From positions 1 to 64,000 of the forward strand of contig JBJOKS010000014.1 of NCBI GenBank assembly GCA_046045965.1: a stretch of 64,000 nt of DNA, written 5' to 3'. Position 1 is the stretch's first letter, and every line of letters begins with the position of its first letter. The position numbers and the translations under genes were made by a program. Shown here in pieces: positions 21,122 to 30,602 of this stretch. This DNA comes from Cyanobacteriota bacterium. Its GTDB lineage: Bacteria; Cyanobacteriota; Cyanobacteriia; Cyanobacteriales; Nostocaceae. Under the pieces are notes generated by a model. That model did not search any database, was not told where the DNA came from, and saw only the letters and a program-made list of their open reading frames with translations.

Positions 21122-22765
21122 CTAAACCTCACAATTCAACTCATCTGCTTTTTGGCTAAAACGGCGATTTTCTCGATAATCTACCCGACAGTCTATAACA
21201 GCAGGGACATCTTGAATTAAAGCTTCTTTAAGGACAGGAATTAAATCAGTTGCAGACTCAACGCGATAGCCTTTTAAACCCATACTTTCAGCTAATTTAA
21301 CAAAATCAGGATTACCAAAATGCACAAAAGCAGAGTTACCTTTTCCAAATTGATTTTCCTGTTTCCACTCAATTAAACCATAGCCACCATCATTAAAAAT
21401 TAAGGTGACAAAAGCAGTACCTACCCGCAAAGCGGTTTCCAATTCCTGACAGTTCATCATAAAACCACCGTCACCAGTTACAGCAACAACTTTACGATTT
21501 GGATAAACTAATTTAGCAGCTAACGCCCCAGGAATAGCAATTCCCATTGCTGCAAAACCATTAGAAATAATGCAAGTATTGGGACTATGACAATGATAAT
21601 GTCTAGCCATCCACATTTTATGAGCGCCCACATCAGAAATTACAATATCATCGGGTCCCATTACCTGCCGCAAATCATAAATTAACTTTTGTGGTTTAAT
21701 GGGAAAACCATCATCCTTAGCATATTGTTCATAATCAGCGCGAATATTAGAACGTAAACTAATAGCATAAGGTGCAGGTTTACTTTGACGATCTGCAAGT
21801 TTTAAAATTTCATTGAGTGAATCAGAAATATCGCCAACCACTTCCACTTTAGGAATATAACTACTATCAATTTCGGAAGAAGTTGCTGCAATATGGATAA
21901 TGGGAATAGTGCCTTCAGGATTCCATTTTTTCGGAGAAAATTCAATTAAATCATAACCAATTGCTATGACTAAATCTGCATGATCAAAACCGCAAGTGAT
22001 GAAATCTCGTTGTTGTAATCCTACAGACCATAAAGCCAAAGGATGAGTATAGGGAATGACACCTTTACCCATGAAAGTATTCACAACAGGCAGATTCATC
22101 TGAGTAGCAAATTGCGTCACTGCATCACTAGCTTGGGCGCGAATTGCCCCATTTCCGACTAAAATGATCGGATTAACGGCTTGAGAAATTGCCGCAGCCG
22201 CAGCGCGAATACTGGCAAAAGAAGCATAGGTTTTTTCGCTATTATCCTTATTTAAAGGTTTGCCTTCTACGGGCATGGCAGCGATATTTTCTGGTAAGTC
22301 AATGTGAACAGCACCAGGTTTTTCTGTTTGCGATCGCTTGAAGGCTTTTCTGACTACTTCTGGTGTAATACTCGGTCTAACTATCTGTTTATTCCACTTA
22401 GTAACCGGGGCAAACATAGCCACCAAATCTAAATATTGATGGGACTCAATGTGCATTCTATCTGTTCCTACCTGTCCGGTAATAGCTACTAATGGCGCAC
22501 CATCCAGGTTAGCATCTGCTACACCAGTCATTAAATTTGTCGCCCCTGGTCCAAGAGTAGAAAGACAAACTCCTGCTTTACCAGTTAACCTACCATAAAC
22601 ATCTGCCATGAAAGCAGCACCCTGTTCATGACGAGTGGTAATAAATTGAATTGACGATTTTTTTAAAGCTTCTAAAACATGGAGGTTTTCTTCACCAGGT
22701 AAACCAAAAACATATTGTACACCTTCATTTTCTAAACACTGTACTAACAAATCAGCAGTATTCAT
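21122..22765 (-). CDS. ogdA: ThDP-dependent acetolactate-synthase-like enzyme, probably 2-oxoglutarate decarboxylase of the cyanobacterial TCA shunt
   Basis: FGLPGEENL, RHEQGAAFMA, GDGGF..N; directly downstream of SSADH. Confidence 0.78.
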   Translation of the reverse strand: MNTADLLVQCLENEGVQYVFGLPGEENLHVLEALKKSSIQFITTRHEQGAAFMADVYGRLTGKAGVCLSTLGPGATNLMTGVADANLDGAPLVAITGQVGTDRMHIESHQYLDLVAMFAPVTKWNKQIVRPSITPEVVRKAFKRSQTEKPGAVHIDLPENIAAMPVEGKPLNKDNSEKTYASFASIRAAAAAISQAVNPIILVGNGAIRAQASDAVTQFATQMNLPVVNTFMGKGVIPYTHPLALWSVGLQQRDFITCGFDHADLVIAIGYDLIEFSPKKWNPEGTIPIIHIAATSSEIDSSYIPKVEVVGDISDSLNEILKLADRQSKPAPYAISLRSNIRADYEQYAKDDGFPIKPQKLIYDLRQVMGPDDIVISDVGAHKMWMARHYHCHSPNTCIISNGFAAMGIAIPGALAAKLVYPNRKVVAVTGDGGFMMNCQELETALRVGTAFVTLIFNDGGYGLIEWKQENQFGKGNSAFVHFGNPDFVKLAESMGLKGYRVESATDLIPVLKEALIQDVPAVIDCRVDYRENRRFSQKADELNCEV

Positions 22766-22790
22766 TTGATTTCCTCAAAGTAATAATTAA

Positions 22791-22886
22791 AGGGAACAGG
22801 GAACAGGGAACAGGGAACAGGGAATAGGGAATAGGGAATAGGGAGTAATTTTACCAATTACCAATTACCCATTACCCATTACCCAT
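22791..22886. repeat. STRR heptamer tracts (GGGAACA/GGGAATA)n and (TTACCAA/TTACCCA)n
   Basis: Read directly. Confidence 0.9.
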
Positions 22887-24253
22887 TACCTCACCCAAAC
22901 AGTCTTGATATTCACAAATTCATGAATACCTTGAATACTCAACTCTCGACCATATCCAGAACGTTTAATTCCCCCAAAAGGTAAACGGGGATCAGACTTA
23001 ACCATGCTGTTAATAAATACTGCGCCGGCTTCAATTTCTTGAATGAGGCGATTTTGTTCTGTTTCATTATTTGTCCAGGCACTTGCACCCAAACCAAAGG
23101 GTATATCATTAGCTAATTGGATCGCTTCATTAATATCACGAACTCGGAATAATAAAGCCACTGGACCAAAAAATTCTGCTTGGGCAATAGGATGTTCTAC
23201 AGGGATTTCTATGATAATAGTAGGTGGGTAAAAATTGCCAGGACGATCTTTTAAAGCATTTCCACCTGTGAGGACTTTAGCACCACTTTCTACCGCAATT
23301 TTCACCTGATTTTCTAAATCTTGGAGAATATCGGGTGTTGCTAATGGTCCAATATCTGTATCCTCAGCAAAAGGATCGCCGATTTTCAGATTTTGGAATT
23401 TTGCTAATAGCATTTTTTCAAACTGATCGGCAATTGTTTCAGCAACAATAAACCGTTTAGCTGCTATACAAGATTGACCATTATTGATCATTCTGGCTGT
23501 AACTGCGGTGGCTAATGCTAATTCTAAATCAGCACTTTCTAAGACTATAAAAGGGTCGCTTCCCCCTAATTCTAAGACGGTTTTTTTAATTTGTTTACCA
23601 GATGCAACAGCTAAAGAAGCACCGGCTGGTTCACTTCCTGTCAAAGTTGCTGCTTTTATCCGGTTATCAGCCATTAAATCTGCTACTTTCGCAGCACCAA
23701 TTAATAAAGTTTGAAATACACCTGCGGGAAAACCTGCACGGTGAAAAATTTCTTCTATTGCTAAGGCACATTGGGGTACATTAGATGCGTGTTTGAGTAA
23801 CCCCACATTGCCAGCCATTAATGCTGGTGCTGCAAATCGGAAAACTTGCCAAAAAGGAAAATTCCAAGGCATGACGGCGAGAATTACGCCCAATGGCTGA
23901 TATTTTATGAAGCTATGACTAGCATCGGTTTTAACTGTGACATCAGCTAAGAAGCTGGCAGCATTTTCAGCATAATAACGACAAACGAGGGCGCATTTTT
24001 CCACTTCTGCGATCGCAGATTTATAGGTTTTACCCATTTCTAGGGTCATGATTTTGGCAAAATCAGCCTTTTCTTGTTCTAAAATATTTGCTGCTTGGAG
24101 TAACCATTGCGATCGCTCCTCAAAACTCGTTTGACGATACTTCTCAAAAGCTTGCTGTCCTAATTCCACTTTAGCCGCAATTTCCCCATCTTCAAGCGGC
24201 TGAAAGATTTTCAGAGTTTCCCCAGTGGTAGGATTAATCGTGGCGATAGCCAT
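22886..24253 (-). CDS. gabD: NAD(P)-dependent succinate-semialdehyde dehydrogenase
   Basis: MPWNFPFWQVFRF, LKHASNVP, LELGGSDPF, NNGQSCIAAKRF, GGIKRSGYGREL. Confidence 0.88.
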   Translation of the reverse strand: MAIATINPTTGETLKIFQPLEDGEIAAKVELGQQAFEKYRQTSFEERSQWLLQAANILEQEKADFAKIMTLEMGKTYKSAIAEVEKCALVCRYYAENAASFLADVTVKTDASHSFIKYQPLGVILAVMPWNFPFWQVFRFAAPALMAGNVGLLKHASNVPQCALAIEEIFHRAGFPAGVFQTLLIGAAKVADLMADNRIKAATLTGSEPAGASLAVASGKQIKKTVLELGGSDPFIVLESADLELALATAVTARMINNGQSCIAAKRFIVAETIADQFEKMLLAKFQNLKIGDPFAEDTDIGPLATPDILQDLENQVKIAVESGAKVLTGGNALKDRPGNFYPPTIIIEIPVEHPIAQAEFFGPVALLFRVRDINEAIQLANDIPFGLGASAWTNNETEQNRLIQEIEAGAVFINSMVKSDPRLPFGGIKRSGYGRELSIQGIHEFVNIKTVWVR

Positions 24254-24493
24254 TACCTGACCTCCCCTTAAAAACTAACTTCAGGTAGCTTCCTAGTCTT
24301 ACACAGATTTATCATAGAGGCTACCATCAAAATTTTAGTATTTCAATTGTGAAAGATTTGCTTAATATTAAGAATTTGCAACTTGCAGAGAAATTAATTA
24401 TACTATTAAATCATCATATACTTAAACCAAATATTAGTAATTAATGAAAAACTGACTCCTGATAGCGTGGCGTGGCGTAAGCCATATTCTGCT

Positions 24494-26110
24494 TTAATTC
24501 ATTTTCGTCTGATAAACCTTAATAACTCTATCAATACCTTTAAAACGATGATCTCCCATTTCCTGAAAATCAGACTTTTGTAAGAGCATTCTGTAGGTGG
24601 TCTCACTAATAACACATTCACCGGGAGGACAAATTGGCTCCATTCTAGCGGCCAGATTAATTGTTGCGCCTAAAGCTGTATAATCTAACCTTTGAGAACT
24701 ACCCACATCACCAACTACAGCTTTACCACTATTAACAGCAATACGCAATTGTAAAGGTTCCTGCCAAAAATGATTAGCATTTAAACGTTTCAGACGAGAG
24801 AGCATTCCTTTAGCAGCAGCAACAGCACGATCTGCATGACCTGGTTGTGGTTCAGGAGCGCCAAAAAAAGCCATAATACAATCACCAATATATTTATCTA
24901 AAGTACCACCATAAGCAAACACTTCTTGTAACATTTCCTCAAAAAAATTATTTAATAATTCAGAAATTTCTGTAGGTGTGAGTCGTTCAGATATTGCCGT
25001 AAAGCCTACCAAATCAGCAAACAAAATACTGATTTCACATTCATTAGGAGGTAAACGCCCGTCGGGAAAACCTCTCACTCCTATTAACTGTTGTACAACT
25101 CCCGGAGAATGATAACGTTCTAAACGTTGACGAATTACCTCCTCACTTTTGAGTTTATCTACTAATAACCAACGTTGCACACTGGAGGCAACCAAATTTG
25201 CTAAAGCGGAAAAAAAGCTGAGTTCTTCTTCACCATTATTTTCCCAACGGGAAGGATAAAAATTAGCATCCGCATAGAGAACACCAACCACTTTATTTTC
25301 ATCCCATAAAGGTACTGCCATTGCACTCATAATACCTTTAATTAAAATACTTTGTTCACTTGAAAAACGTTCATCAGAACGGGTATCAGCACTTTGAATA
25401 GCCACTTTATCAGTAAATACTTTTTGACAAATACTGCGACTAATCCAATTACCTTCCGTGGTCAAATTTGCCTTCTGGGAACTATTTCTAGTGGCAGAGT
25501 TCATTAACTGCAAATGACCAGAACCATTAACATCAATTAATAATGCCAAGCGTTCAATTCCATCAATATAACGAAAAACTACCTGTTGCACCTGAGAAAA
25601 AATTTCTTCAATAGATGCCGCTGCACAGAGATTTTTAGCTATGTCTACCAAATCTTTTAAACGAGCAATAGTTTTCTCTTTATTATTAATGCCATGAATG
25701 TCACTAGCGTCTATCCATTGTTGTTGCAGTTCTTTCACATTCCGCAGAATTGTAACTTGCTGATTATTAGTTTCCGAACTTCGTAAATATTGAGATCGTG
25801 ACTTTTCAATATTAGTTGAGAGAACCACTACCAAACTGATATTACCCAGCCAAATAACATCACCATCACGCAACTCTTGGACCGAAGTCACAAGTTTTTG
25901 ATTTACTTGAGTTCCATTTTTACTACCCATATCCTCAATAGTCCACGCATTATTAACGGTTTTGATGATGCGGGCGTGTCTGCGGGAAACTCCCCCAAAA
26001 GGTAAAAATAAGTCGCATTCTGGCAAACGACCGATCATAAATACATCTTGCGTCACTGAAACCTCTGTTTCAGTATTACCCTCTTTTAAAAGTAGTGTGA
26101 GTTCAGTCAT
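24494..26110 (-). CDS. cyaD: FHA-GAF-class III adenylate cyclase (CyaD-type)
   Basis: FHA (IGR..VSRRHA..DMGSKNGT), GAF, cyclase core (FADLVGFT, DKYIGDCIMAFFG, NLAARME). Confidence 0.8.
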   Translation of the reverse strand: MTELTLLLKEGNTETEVSVTQDVFMIGRLPECDLFLPFGGVSRRHARIIKTVNNAWTIEDMGSKNGTQVNQKLVTSVQELRDGDVIWLGNISLVVVLSTNIEKSRSQYLRSSETNNQQVTILRNVKELQQQWIDASDIHGINNKEKTIARLKDLVDIAKNLCAAASIEEIFSQVQQVVFRYIDGIERLALLIDVNGSGHLQLMNSATRNSSQKANLTTEGNWISRSICQKVFTDKVAIQSADTRSDERFSSEQSILIKGIMSAMAVPLWDENKVVGVLYADANFYPSRWENNGEEELSFFSALANLVASSVQRWLLVDKLKSEEVIRQRLERYHSPGVVQQLIGVRGFPDGRLPPNECEISILFADLVGFTAISERLTPTEISELLNNFFEEMLQEVFAYGGTLDKYIGDCIMAFFGAPEPQPGHADRAVAAAKGMLSRLKRLNANHFWQEPLQLRIAVNSGKAVVGDVGSSQRLDYTALGATINLAARMEPICPPGECVISETTYRMLLQKSDFQEMGDHRFKGIDRVIKVYQTKMN

Positions 26111-26165
26111 GAGCGTAATACATCCATACTGGAAGTTGGGAACACAAGTATCAAGGCTAACTTTT

Positions 26166-26248
26166 TAAGACCTACGCATCAGATACCAGATATCCGGTTG
26201 CTCAAAACTAGTTATGGTAATAAACCAAGTTTTTTGGTGTAAGTCCTA
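26166..26248. repeat. Degenerate small IR element (TAGGACTTACGCA family)
   Basis: TAAGACCTACGCA...GGTGTAAGTCCTA; related left end at ~48537. Confidence 0.5.
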
Positions 26249-26947
26249 ACTTAACCTTTTTTTATAATACTGTTAAGAGCCATAAAAATAATCAATTTGT
26301 ATGAAATATTACAAAACTCTTCTATACTCTACATAAATTATTACTGATTTAGTAGTGAATTTTACTAAAATCAAGGCGATCTCTTTAGAGAAAATTTATA
26401 AAATCTTGATAGGTAATTAACAATAATACTGTACATATATGTAGATAAATAACAGCCAGCTGGTTATATTATGAATATTCAAAAACACAAATTTTGATTA
26501 ATCGTTCAGGAACTTAATTGTCATACTGCAAGCGAATTAGTAATTGATTCCATGAACTGTAGGAACTAAGACCTTTGATGGATTTACTCTCGATTTTTGC
26601 AACTCTCTCATTCAGTTTATGCGAGAGATGTTTAGATGTTATTGGTTGAAATATTCGTAGTCTTGGTAGTCGTAATCTTGGTATTCTCACCCTTGGTATT
26701 CGTATCCGTCTCCACCGATATCTTTTGATTGGTAAAAATCATTTTATCCTGCCAGATGTCATCACTTTATCTATGAGGAAAAAGACAAATTTCAGCAGGA
26801 AGGACAGGAAAATGATCTGGACAAGTATTAGAATTAGAACTGCCATGATGAGTTAAGTAGTTATTTATTTCATTCATCATGTAGCACTAATTTCTTTTAG
26901 TTAAGTGATTTAGATCATGACGCGATAGATAAAGTGGAAAATCATTA

Positions 26948-27832
26948 TTAATTGAGAGGTGGAATTTCCAAAGGTATATTACCCAAAAATCCTTTACGAA
27001 AATCAGTAATTAAAGTTCTAGCAGCGCGTTCTACATCTCCTTTGTAACGATGTTCTGCTAAAACTTGTAAATATGCTTCCCCAGTGTGAATGATAGAATC
27101 AACTTCATAACGTGAAAGTAATGGGTGCGATGGTAACAAATGAGGATGTGTTTCTTGCAGTTCATTTAAGATATCTACAAAAGCTGCGGCTACTAATTGA
27201 TTATCATAAGATGCTTCCCCGATATCATCGCAAATCGCTAATTTGATGGCTGCGGCTTGATTATCTATTCTAGAGGGAATAACACCAGGTGCATCTAGTA
27301 ATTGTAACTGTTCAGAAATTCGCACCCAACGCAGTTGACGAGTTACACCGGGACGCGCTGCACTTTCAACAACTCGCTTACCAATTAGACGGTTAATTAA
27401 TGCTGATTTTCCCACGTTGGGAAAACCAATAACGACTGCACGAACTGGACGGGGTAACATTCCCCTATCTTTTCTGCGTTGATTCAATTCTACCCCAGCT
27501 GCTTGCGCTGCTTTGGCTATGGCTGCAATACCTTGACCATGTTGAGCATTGGTAAAATAAGGGACTTGTTCTTGGCTTTTAAACCAATTTTCCCACAGCG
27601 ATCGCACTTGAGGCGATATCATATCTAAACGGTTAATTACCAACACCCGCGACTTACTCCCCACCCATTCATTCATTTGCGGATGGTTTGTAGTTAGGGG
27701 AATACGTGCATCCCGTACTTCTAATACCACATCGACCCGTTTGAGCTGTTCTTTGAGATTTTTTTCAGCTTTGGCAATGTGACCGGGATACCATTGAATG
27801 AGATTTAATTTGTAGTTTTGTGTTATTGACAT
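26948..27832 (-). CDS. ylqF: Ribosome biogenesis GTPase YlqF/RbgA
   Basis: IQWYPGH, EVRDARIP, GFPNVGKSALIN, LLDAPG. Confidence 0.95.
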   Translation of the reverse strand: MSITQNYKLNLIQWYPGHIAKAEKNLKEQLKRVDVVLEVRDARIPLTTNHPQMNEWVGSKSRVLVINRLDMISPQVRSLWENWFKSQEQVPYFTNAQHGQGIAAIAKAAQAAGVELNQRRKDRGMLPRPVRAVVIGFPNVGKSALINRLIGKRVVESAARPGVTRQLRWVRISEQLQLLDAPGVIPSRIDNQAAAIKLAICDDIGEASYDNQLVAAAFVDILNELQETHPHLLPSHPLLSRYEVDSIIHTGEAYLQVLAEHRYKGDVERAARTLITDFRKGFLGNIPLEIPPLN

Positions 27833-27833
27833 T

Positions 27834-27912
27834 GGGGACTGGGGACTGGGGACTGGGGACTGGGGACTGGGTTATTAGTTTTTTACTAATGACTAATGAC
27901 TAATGACTAATA
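27834..27912. repeat. STRR tracts (TGGGGAC)n and (ACTAATG)n
   Basis: Read directly. Confidence 0.9.
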
Positions 27913-27913
27913 A

Positions 27914-28279
27914 CTATTGACTTTGATGTAAAATTAAACGGTTGCCGTCGGGATCATAAGCGTAAATTTCTCTACCGTGGGAAGCTGTGGAAATTTTTCC
28001 AGCTGGGGGATAGCCTAAAGATTGCAGGTGAGTGATGGCATTTTCTAAATTACTCACTTCTAAACATAAACTTAGCGGACTTTTGCTATTGACTGCAAAT
28101 TCTGATTCATTATTTTTTTTTGGTTTGAAAATACCTAAACTGAGGTTAGAGATTTGAAACTCAGCATAAACATCGGGAATCAGGTTTTTGGGTTTTTGTT
28201 CTAGAATTTGAATATAGAATTTTACCAACTTATCAAAATTCACCGTGGCAATGGTGACTAAAACATTATTATACTGCAT
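27914..28279 (-). CDS. VOC/glyoxalase family protein
   Basis: FY..LE, YAEF, GREIYAYDPDGNRLIL. Confidence 0.85.
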   Translation of the reverse strand: MQYNNVLVTIATVNFDKLVKFYIQILEQKPKNLIPDVYAEFQISNLSLGIFKPKKNNESEFAVNSKSPLSLCLEVSNLENAITHLQSLGYPPAGKISTASHGREIYAYDPDGNRLILHQSQ

Positions 28280-28391
28280 ATAGCAATCCTATTTGATTTA
28301 TGAATGGCGTTTTTAAAACGAACCGCTCCAGACGCAGAGAGCGCAGAGGTAGAGAAAAAGAGGTGTTCATATCTTATTTAGGATTGCTATA
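28279..28391. mobile_element. 113-bp MITE-like element with TIRs TATAGCAATCCTA / TAGGATTGCTATA
   Basis: Perfect 13-bp IR with TA termini; abuts the VOC start codon. Confidence 0.7.
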
Positions 28392-28434
28392 TATAGAATA
28401 ATTCGTGATTTTTAATTATATCATGTTCTCGGTT

Positions 28435-28540
28435 CTCGTTCCCATACAGAGTATGGGAATGAATTTTAAAGGGTGTGCCTTTATTAATAGCAGAGTCAGA
28501 GTCTCTGTGATAGCATTCCCAGTCTGAGACTGGGAACGAG
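28435..28540. repeat. Palindromic dispersed element CTCGTTCCCA...TGGGAACGAG
   Basis: Terminal IR plus internal hairpins; internally deleted copy at 54899-54954. Confidence 0.8.
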
Positions 28541-28548
28541 ATATTATG

Positions 28549-29769
28549 CTACTCAATTAAAAATTTTTCTACACATCTGACAAACATTTCTACACCCATG
28601 ACTAAAGCTGTTTCATCAAAATCAAATCGCGGATGATGATGGGGATAATTTAACTTTTTCTCTGCATTTGCAGAACCTAAAAAGAAATAACAACCAGGAA
28701 CTTCTTGCAGGAAAAATGACATATCTTCTCCTCCCATTGTTTGGCATTCTGGGACAATACCCAAGGGTGTTTCTATTACTTCCTGAGCAACAGAACGTAC
28801 TAATTCTGCCATTCCTGAATCATTAATTACTGGGGGATACAAATTAATATAATCTAATTCAAATTTAGCGCCATGAATTTGACAAACTCCGGCGATAGTT
28901 TGCTCAATTCGTTGTTTAAAAAAACCTGCTAACTCAGGATGAAAATATCTGACAGTACCACCCATTTTCGCCGTATCTGCGATGATATTTACTGCTGTAC
29001 CTGCGTGTAATTCTCCCACTGTTACTACTGCTGAATCAATGGGATTAACGTTACGTGATACGATAGTTTGTAAGGCGTTAACAATTTGGGCTGCTACTAC
29101 AATAGAGTCTATGGTTTGTTGAGGTATCGCTCCATGTCCACCTTTACCGAAAATGGTGCAACGAAATAATTCTACAGCTGCCATTAATGCACCTGCACGC
29201 ACTCCCACTGTTCCCAAGGGTAAATTATTCCACAGATGTAAGCCGATTATGGCATCAACATCCGGGTTTTTGAGTACCCCTGCTGCTATCATTGGTTTTG
29301 CACCACCAGGACTTTCTTCTGCGGGTTGGAAGATGATTTTTACTGTCCCGCTGAAGTCTTGACGATGTTGTTGAAGGTAATATGCTGTACCAAGAGCGAT
29401 CGCTGTATGTCCATCATGTCCACAAGCGTGCATCACTCCATCATGTTGGGAACAATAGGAAACTTCATTTTCTTCTTGTATAGGTAAAGCATCTATATCA
29501 GCACGGATACCTAAAACTTTACCATGCTCAGATTTTTTACCTTTGATAATAGCAACAATGCCAGTTTCAGCGATACCTGTTTGATGTTCTATTCCCCAAC
29601 TTTGCAATTTTTGAGAAATAAATTCAGCTGTTAATTTTTCTTGAAAACCTAACTCTGGTTTTTGATGTATATGTCGTCTCCATTCCACTAATTGCGGTTG
29701 TAAAGCGCGAATTTGCAACCGTACATTAGCAAGATTTTCAGTAGCAGAATGTGGAATAGTAGAAACCAT
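28549..29769 (-). CDS. M20 family amidohydrolase (N-acyl-L-amino acid amidohydrolase-like)
   Basis: H.KPELGFQE, RADIDALP, MHACGHDGH, FQPAEE, GGEDM, HHHPRFD. Confidence 0.92.
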   Translation of the reverse strand: MVSTIPHSATENLANVRLQIRALQPQLVEWRRHIHQKPELGFQEKLTAEFISQKLQSWGIEHQTGIAETGIVAIIKGKKSEHGKVLGIRADIDALPIQEENEVSYCSQHDGVMHACGHDGHTAIALGTAYYLQQHRQDFSGTVKIIFQPAEESPGGAKPMIAAGVLKNPDVDAIIGLHLWNNLPLGTVGVRAGALMAAVELFRCTIFGKGGHGAIPQQTIDSIVVAAQIVNALQTIVSRNVNPIDSAVVTVGELHAGTAVNIIADTAKMGGTVRYFHPELAGFFKQRIEQTIAGVCQIHGAKFELDYINLYPPVINDSGMAELVRSVAQEVIETPLGIVPECQTMGGEDMSFFLQEVPGCYFFLGSANAEKKLNYPHHHPRFDFDETALVMGVEMFVRCVEKFLIE

Positions 29770-29842
29770 AATCGGTAATTGGTAATTGGTTAGTTATTAT
29801 TATTCCCCTGTTCCTTGTTCCCTGTTCCCTGTTCCCTGTTCC

Positions 29843-30523
29843 CTATAAAGATAATATTTCCCAATCTAAATTAGATCCAACTTCGGCTAGTTGTTCTAAG
29901 TTATTAGGTGCTTCTAAATAAGGTAAACAACCTAAAACGGGTATGTGAGTAAATGATTGAATTAACTCCGGTGGTGTTAAATCAGCTATTTCCTCATCAA
30001 ACCGGGGTTGTGTACAATTAAGGACAATTCCCCGCAAATTTATTTTAGCTTGTCTTGCTAATGCTACATTAGCCACAGCTTGAGCGATCGCACCTAACCT
30101 CACAGGTACAACTAAAATCGTTGGTAAACGCCATTCACCCGCTAAATCGGCTACCGTTAATTCATCCGTAACTGGTGAACCTAACCCACCCAAAGACTCA
30201 ACTAACAAAAAATCACGCTGCTGTTGCAACTTCAACAAAGTCTGCCAAACTAAACCTAAATCTATAGTGCGATTTTCCTTAGCGGCAGCAATGGGTGGCG
30301 CTAGTGGTGCTTTAAAATACAAAGGTGTCGTTTCTTCAGGGGATTGGTCTAGTGTAAAAAGAGCCTCGTATAGTTCCCGATCACCCACCCCAGATTGAAT
30401 TGGTTTCATAATCCCCAAGCGGCTTTGGGGGCGATATTTTTGCCAATAGGCAGCGAGAGCGGTTGTCAAAAAAGTTTTACCAGCCCCCGTATCAGTTCCT
30501 GTGATTAGTAGTGTGTTTGACAA
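29843..30523 (-). CDS. bioD: Dethiobiotin synthase
   Basis: [24 protein letters not shown]. Confidence 0.93.
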   Translation of the reverse strand: MSNTLLITGTDTGAGKTFLTTALAAYWQKYRPQSRLGIMKPIQSGVGDRELYEALFTLDQSPEETTPLYFKAPLAPPIAAAKENRTIDLGLVWQTLLKLQQQRDFLLVESLGGLGSPVTDELTVADLAGEWRLPTILVVPVRLGAIAQAVANVALARQAKINLRGIVLNCTQPRFDEEIADLTPPELIQSFTHIPVLGCLPYLEAPNNLEQLAEVGSNLDWEILSL

Positions 30524-30602
30524 TTTACTTGCGAATAATTACTGAACATCAATGAAAATAGTCCCCAGCCAGAAAATTGCTGAGGCTATCTTTAATTTAA
30601 CG

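Noticed and set aside
20916..21125. 69-aa ORF
   Set aside because: Built from REP/MITE sequence
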